Source: Schmidtea polychroa (lineage: Eukaryota). From it: a stretch of DNA of 64,000 nucleotides. The position numbers and the translations under genes were made by a program. How positions within the stretch are numbered: position 1 is the first letter of the stretch; every line of letters begins with the position of its first letter. Of this stretch, positions 59,541-64,000 are shown piece by piece. The notes below the pieces were generated by a model. The model was given only the letters and a program-made list of their open reading frames with translations, was not told the DNA's origin and did no database searches. The DNA is taken from NCBI GenBank assembly GCA_044892525.1, contig CM097886.1, positions 15,686,001-15,750,000 on the forward strand. The letters run 5' to 3'.

Positions 59541-59908
59541 TAAATGTATGATTTTTATTTGTTGACTATTTTAATTATTTGTTAAATATTATTATTATTA
59601 TTTGTTAAATATTATTATTATTTGTTTTATTATTTTATTATTTTATTATTTTATGTTTAAAATTTTATGTTTAAAAATATTATGTAATACTATTACATGT
59701 TCAGTGCATGCACAGTGCAAAGTAACAAAGCACTGAGTAATAAAGACATGTAAAGGTCATTATTTCGTCATGGTTTGTATAAACAAACATGTAGTGTCTT
59801 TTCCTATCCTATCTCTATTTTCATTGGTCGGTTAATAAAACCTGTAATATCTCTCTTATATAGTCTACACTTTCATTTTTTCATCACTTTTAAAAATCTA
59901 TTAGCAAC

Positions 59909-60189
59909 ATGAACAACAACAACAATATTCAAAGAGTTGACGGAAAGATCGTTGGAGGAATTAATGGTAAATTTATTATTTTATTATTTTATTATTTTTA
60001 ATATGATTATTAGGTACTAATCAACAAATTAAAATGAATATCGACGGACAAGCTGTAGACATGAATAGAATAAATGGTAATAGTTTACTCTTATTATCAT
60101 TATTATTTTTATTATGCTTTTAGATGGAAATGTAATAAATACTTCTGCTGGTGCTGATGCTGGAAAATTTCTTTCGAAAGGACGAAAAT
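59909..60189 (+). CDS. Three short exons (59909-59966, 60014-60076, 60124-60189), probable 5' end of the pPolB gene
   Basis: Two 47-nt GT-AG introns, all phase 1, giving MNNNNNIQRVDGKIVGGINGTNQQIK...KGRK; GTAAGT donor at 60190. Confidence 0.65.
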
Positions 60190-60236
60190 GTAAGTATTTA
60201 TTTATTGTTATAAGTTTTTAAGTTTTTTTAAACAAT

Positions 60237-60294
<58 letters not shown>

Positions 60295-60296
<2 letters not shown>

Positions 60297-60730
60297 TAAA
60301 AGAAGAAACTTATGAAAAGAAGATTTTTTCATGAAAAGAAGATATTTTAAAAGAAGATTTATTTATGAAAAGAAGATATTTTAAAAGAAGATTTATTTAT
60401 GATGATTTTGAAAGGAAGATTTATGAAAAGAAGATTTATTCATGAAAAGAAGATTTACTTATTTATGAAAAGAAGATTTACTTATTTATTTATTTATGAT
60501 AATTTTTGAAAAGAAGATTTATTCATGAAAAGAAGATTTATTCATGAAAAGAAGATTTACCTATTTATTTATTTATGAAAAGAAGATTTACTTATTTATT
60601 TATGATAATTTATGAAAAGAAGATTTACTTATTTATTTATGATGATTTTGAAAAGAAGATTTACTTATTTATTTATTTATGATGATTTTGAAAAGAAGAT
60701 TTATTCATGAAAAGAAGATTTACCTATTTA
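60295..60730. repeat. Minisatellite with core (G)AAAAGAAGAT, about 18 copies, inside a putative intron
   Basis: Direct observation; variable A/T spacers. Confidence 0.9.
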
Positions 60731-60918
60731 TTTATTTATGAAAATGAATTAAATTATTTATGAAAACGAATTAAATTATATATATTTTATAATATTTTTT
60801 ATAAGATACTATTTAAAAGATAATTTTGAATAATATCTTACGAAAAATATCTTAAACTTTAAAAATGATTATTATCTTAATATTTTTTAAACATTTTATG
60901 ATAAAAATATTTTCATAG

Positions 60919-63900
60919 GTTTGAAATACCAAAACTTTTGTAATAGTCAATATCATAATGACTGCGATGATATAATGGAAAGATATTATAGTCATAAATA
61001 TAACGGTGTCACCTACATCCTATGCCCTAAATGTGAGGTTATTGAAGTTATAACGTATAAGGAATTTTATAATAAGCATAGACTCCATCTCCAACAATTT
61101 AAACCTTCTAAGAAGTCTCTTTTCTATAGCTTANNNNNNNNNNNNNNNNNNNNNNNNNNNNNNNNNNNNNNNNNNNNNNNNNNNNNNNNNNNNNNNNNNN
61201 NNNNNNNNNNNNNNNNNNNNNNNNNNNNNNNNNNNNNNNNNNNNNNNNNNNNNNNNNNNNNNNNNNNNNNNNNNNNNNNNNNNNNNNNNNNNNNNNNNNN
61301 NNNNNNNNNNNNNNNNNNNNNNNNNNNNNNNNNNNNNNNNNNNNNNNNNAACAGCACCAATAATAATAATAATGATATAAACGAAATAAATAATCTAAAA
61401 GATCAAGTAAATAAATTAAATGAACAAATAAATAATCTAATTAATATGAATAAAAGAAAAAATAATGAAAAAATAAATTCAATACCAAGTAAAAAATCTA
61501 AAGTTATTGATGTAATCACAATAAGTGATGATGATGAAATAATCAACATAAGTGATGAGGAAATTGATAATAATAATAATAATAATAATAATAGTAGTAG
61601 TAATATTTATTATAATAATCGTATTAATAATACTAATCAAATAGGTTATGGTGTCGTAGATGTCACCAGTGATTTAAATAATAATCATATTATATTAAAA
61701 ATGGACTTTTCGTCTTTAGATTTAAAAACGGTCTCTGTACCAGAAATTTTAATAAATAAATTAAATTTATATGTAAATAAATTAAAATCATGTAAAATTC
61801 AATTTTGTCTAAAGGTGGAATTTATAAAAGATGATGAGTTACAATCTTTTGTAATCTCGAATTCCGCCCGAGTTTGGAGCGATACATTCATTGACGAAGG
61901 TATTGCTCGTTTAAATGAAAAAATAATTAAAATTAATGAGAAAGGTAGTAATTGGACTATCAATAAAATAGAATACATAAGCTTTGTTCTTACTAAATTT
62001 GCTGAAATAAGTCGATTAAGTGGTAGAAGTTTTATTGAAACCCCAAAATCTTTAAGAAACTTAAGCTGTCTCATTAATGTAGTTAATAATGACCACTTCT
62101 GCTTTTTGTATAGTTTCTTGTCAATTATTAAATATGACTGTATAAATAGGCAATATAGAAATCGCCCTAATTCCTACAATCTTTCTGAAATTAAATTTGA
62201 TCCTAATGATATGCCGATGAAACTATCAAATATAAGTAAATTTGAACAACAAAATCCGGGTTATAGTATTAATGTTCTTACTTATAACGAAAAGGCTTTG
62301 ATTGACATTTCCGATGAAGATGCAGTTATGAAACATCCCTTTATTGATATAATATACAGGAGTAAGATAGTAGGAGCCATACCTATCAATTTATTATTAA
62401 TCGAAAAGAATGATAATTATCATTATCTTGGAATCACAGACCTAAATAGATTTCTTAATTGTAGGAATAGTTCAATCACTCCTGTTTGGATTTGTAGTCA
62501 GTGGTGCCCTAGATGTTTAAACGGTTTTAGGAATGATGACGCTTTTAATAGACATAAGGGTCTTTGCGATAAAAATCAGCTTGGTACTACCTTGTACACA
62601 TTGCCTAAAAATAAATATTTAGAATTTACTGATTGGAGTAAAACAGTTACTCCTCCCTTTGTTATTTACGCTGACTTTGAGGCTATCTTACCTAAAGACA
62701 CTCGCTACTTTCAACGTCATCTGCCTATTTCTGCCGGTATGCTTTTTATTAATAATTTCACAGGCGTAAAAATTTATAAGTCGTTCACCGGTTTAGATTG
62801 TGTCGATCAATTTCTTACTGAAATTGAAATGATAGGGAAATATATTGTAACTCCTTATTATTATAAAAATTATCAAAAGAAAATGATAATTACAGATGAG
62901 CAACAATTAATGTTTGAAAACAGCACATCATGTTATTTGTGTAATAAGCCTTTAGTTAATCCAGTTAGGGACCATGATCATTTTACCGGTCTATATCTTG
63001 GTGCCGCTTGTACAACTTGTAATCTGTCGAGGCAAATTAGACATACCCTTCCTGTAGTATTTCATAATTTAAAGGGTTATGATCTGCATCATATCTTGAA
63101 ATTTGGCCTTTCAAAATATCATTCGTGGAATATTAGTTGTATTCCTTTAACCAGCGAGAAATTCCTTAGTCTTTTTGCTAGGATTGACTCATTAACTGTT
63201 AAATTTATAGACTCTTATCAATTTGTCAGCGAGTCTTTAAATAATGCTGTCAAAACTTTATCATCTTTACCCTTGACCGAATCAGAATTTCAGGGTACAA
63301 TAATAACTGCAAAGGGAATTTTTCCTTATGATGTCGCAACTTCATTAGAGGTTTTACATAACACTCATCAGTTACCACCTATTTGGAAAGATGTGACTCC
63401 TGCTGAATATGAGACAGCTCAGCGAATTTGGGTTGAAACTTCATGTACTTCACTTTTCAATTACATGATGGTTTATTTAAAACTTGATGTTTTCCTTTTA
63501 GCCGATTTTTTCCAGCAATTTAGAGCTAAGTCCATTGCTCATAACCGACTAGAGCCATTAAATTTCTTAGGGATTCCAGGTATGTCTTGGAATTCAGCCT
63601 TATTAACTTTAAACTCTCCAATTGAGCTCCTCACCGATATGGAGATGTATAACTTTTTCGAGAGCGGTATCCGTGGCGGACTAACTTTTGTAAACAAACA
63701 TTATGTAAAAACAGACCCGGATACCGCTTTGCTTTACATAGATATAAATAATTTATACGGTTGGGCTTTAAGTCAACCATTACCTTGCAGTGACTTTGAA
63801 TGGGTTACTGATGATAATTTATTAAATAATATAATTGTTGAATGCACAACGGTAGATTTAGATCTGCTTGATTATGGTTATACCATAGAAGTGGATTTAG

Positions 63901-64000
63901 AAATACCGACGTCAATTCACGACAAACTGGACGATCTTCCCGTTGCCGCTGAAAAGATGTGTGTACCGGGTTCGAAAATAGAGAAGCTGTTGCTTACACA
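60919..64000 (+). CDS. Protein-primed family B DNA polymerase (pPolB), runs off the window; absent from ORF track
   Basis: Open frame (codons at positions divisible by 3) on both sides of the gap; NNDHFCF and HY (vOTU-like), YADFE, CYLC..DHDHFTG..CTTCN, FHNLKGYD, KGIFPYD, YLKLDV..LAD, GIRGG, YIDINNLYG. Confidence 0.96.

Larger units (their letters stand above)
50308..64000 (+). mobile_element. Polinton/Maverick (adintovirus-like) endogenous virus, right part beyond the window
   Basis: AGTAG terminus abutting a known host repeat; ATPase, integrase, penton, MCP, adenain and pPolB all present in one block. Confidence 0.96.

Noticed and set aside
1145-61360. Numerous ORF-track entries made mostly of X
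   Set aside because: Artefacts of N gaps; no coding evidence.

Overview
Very AT-rich eukaryotic (animal-like) scaffold with many N gaps and mostly tiny (about 35-50 nt) introns; the host cannot be identified from sequence alone. 1-36.6 kb: a minus-strand, multi-exon giant cadherin (Dachsous/Fat-like) whose introns hold Tigger, hAT and piggyBac-like MITEs, foldback repeats and Gypsy remnants. 39.4-40.6 kb: a very divergent Sec61-alpha/SecY-like ORF. 42-48 kb: Gypsy remnants interrupted by a Ginger-type element, plus MITEs. From 50,308 to the window end lies a near-intact Polinton/Maverick (adintovirus-like) endogenous virus: left terminus, packaging ATPase (one in-frame stop), pX-like core protein, integrase-chromodomain, penton, pVI-like protein, major capsid, adenain and a protein-primed PolB that runs off the window. 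The main result is a five-gene accessory cassette between the terminus and the ATPase. It encodes a spliced Bcl-2 homolog, a structurally asymmetric TATA-binding-protein (TBP) homolog, a possible SSB and two spliced orphans, with shared CCAAT/octamer-type upstream motifs. Several viral genes (Bcl-2, both orphans, adenain, probably PolB) only read through after removing host-sized introns and are missed or truncated by the ORF track. All family calls are by-eye motif recognition; no database searches were run.
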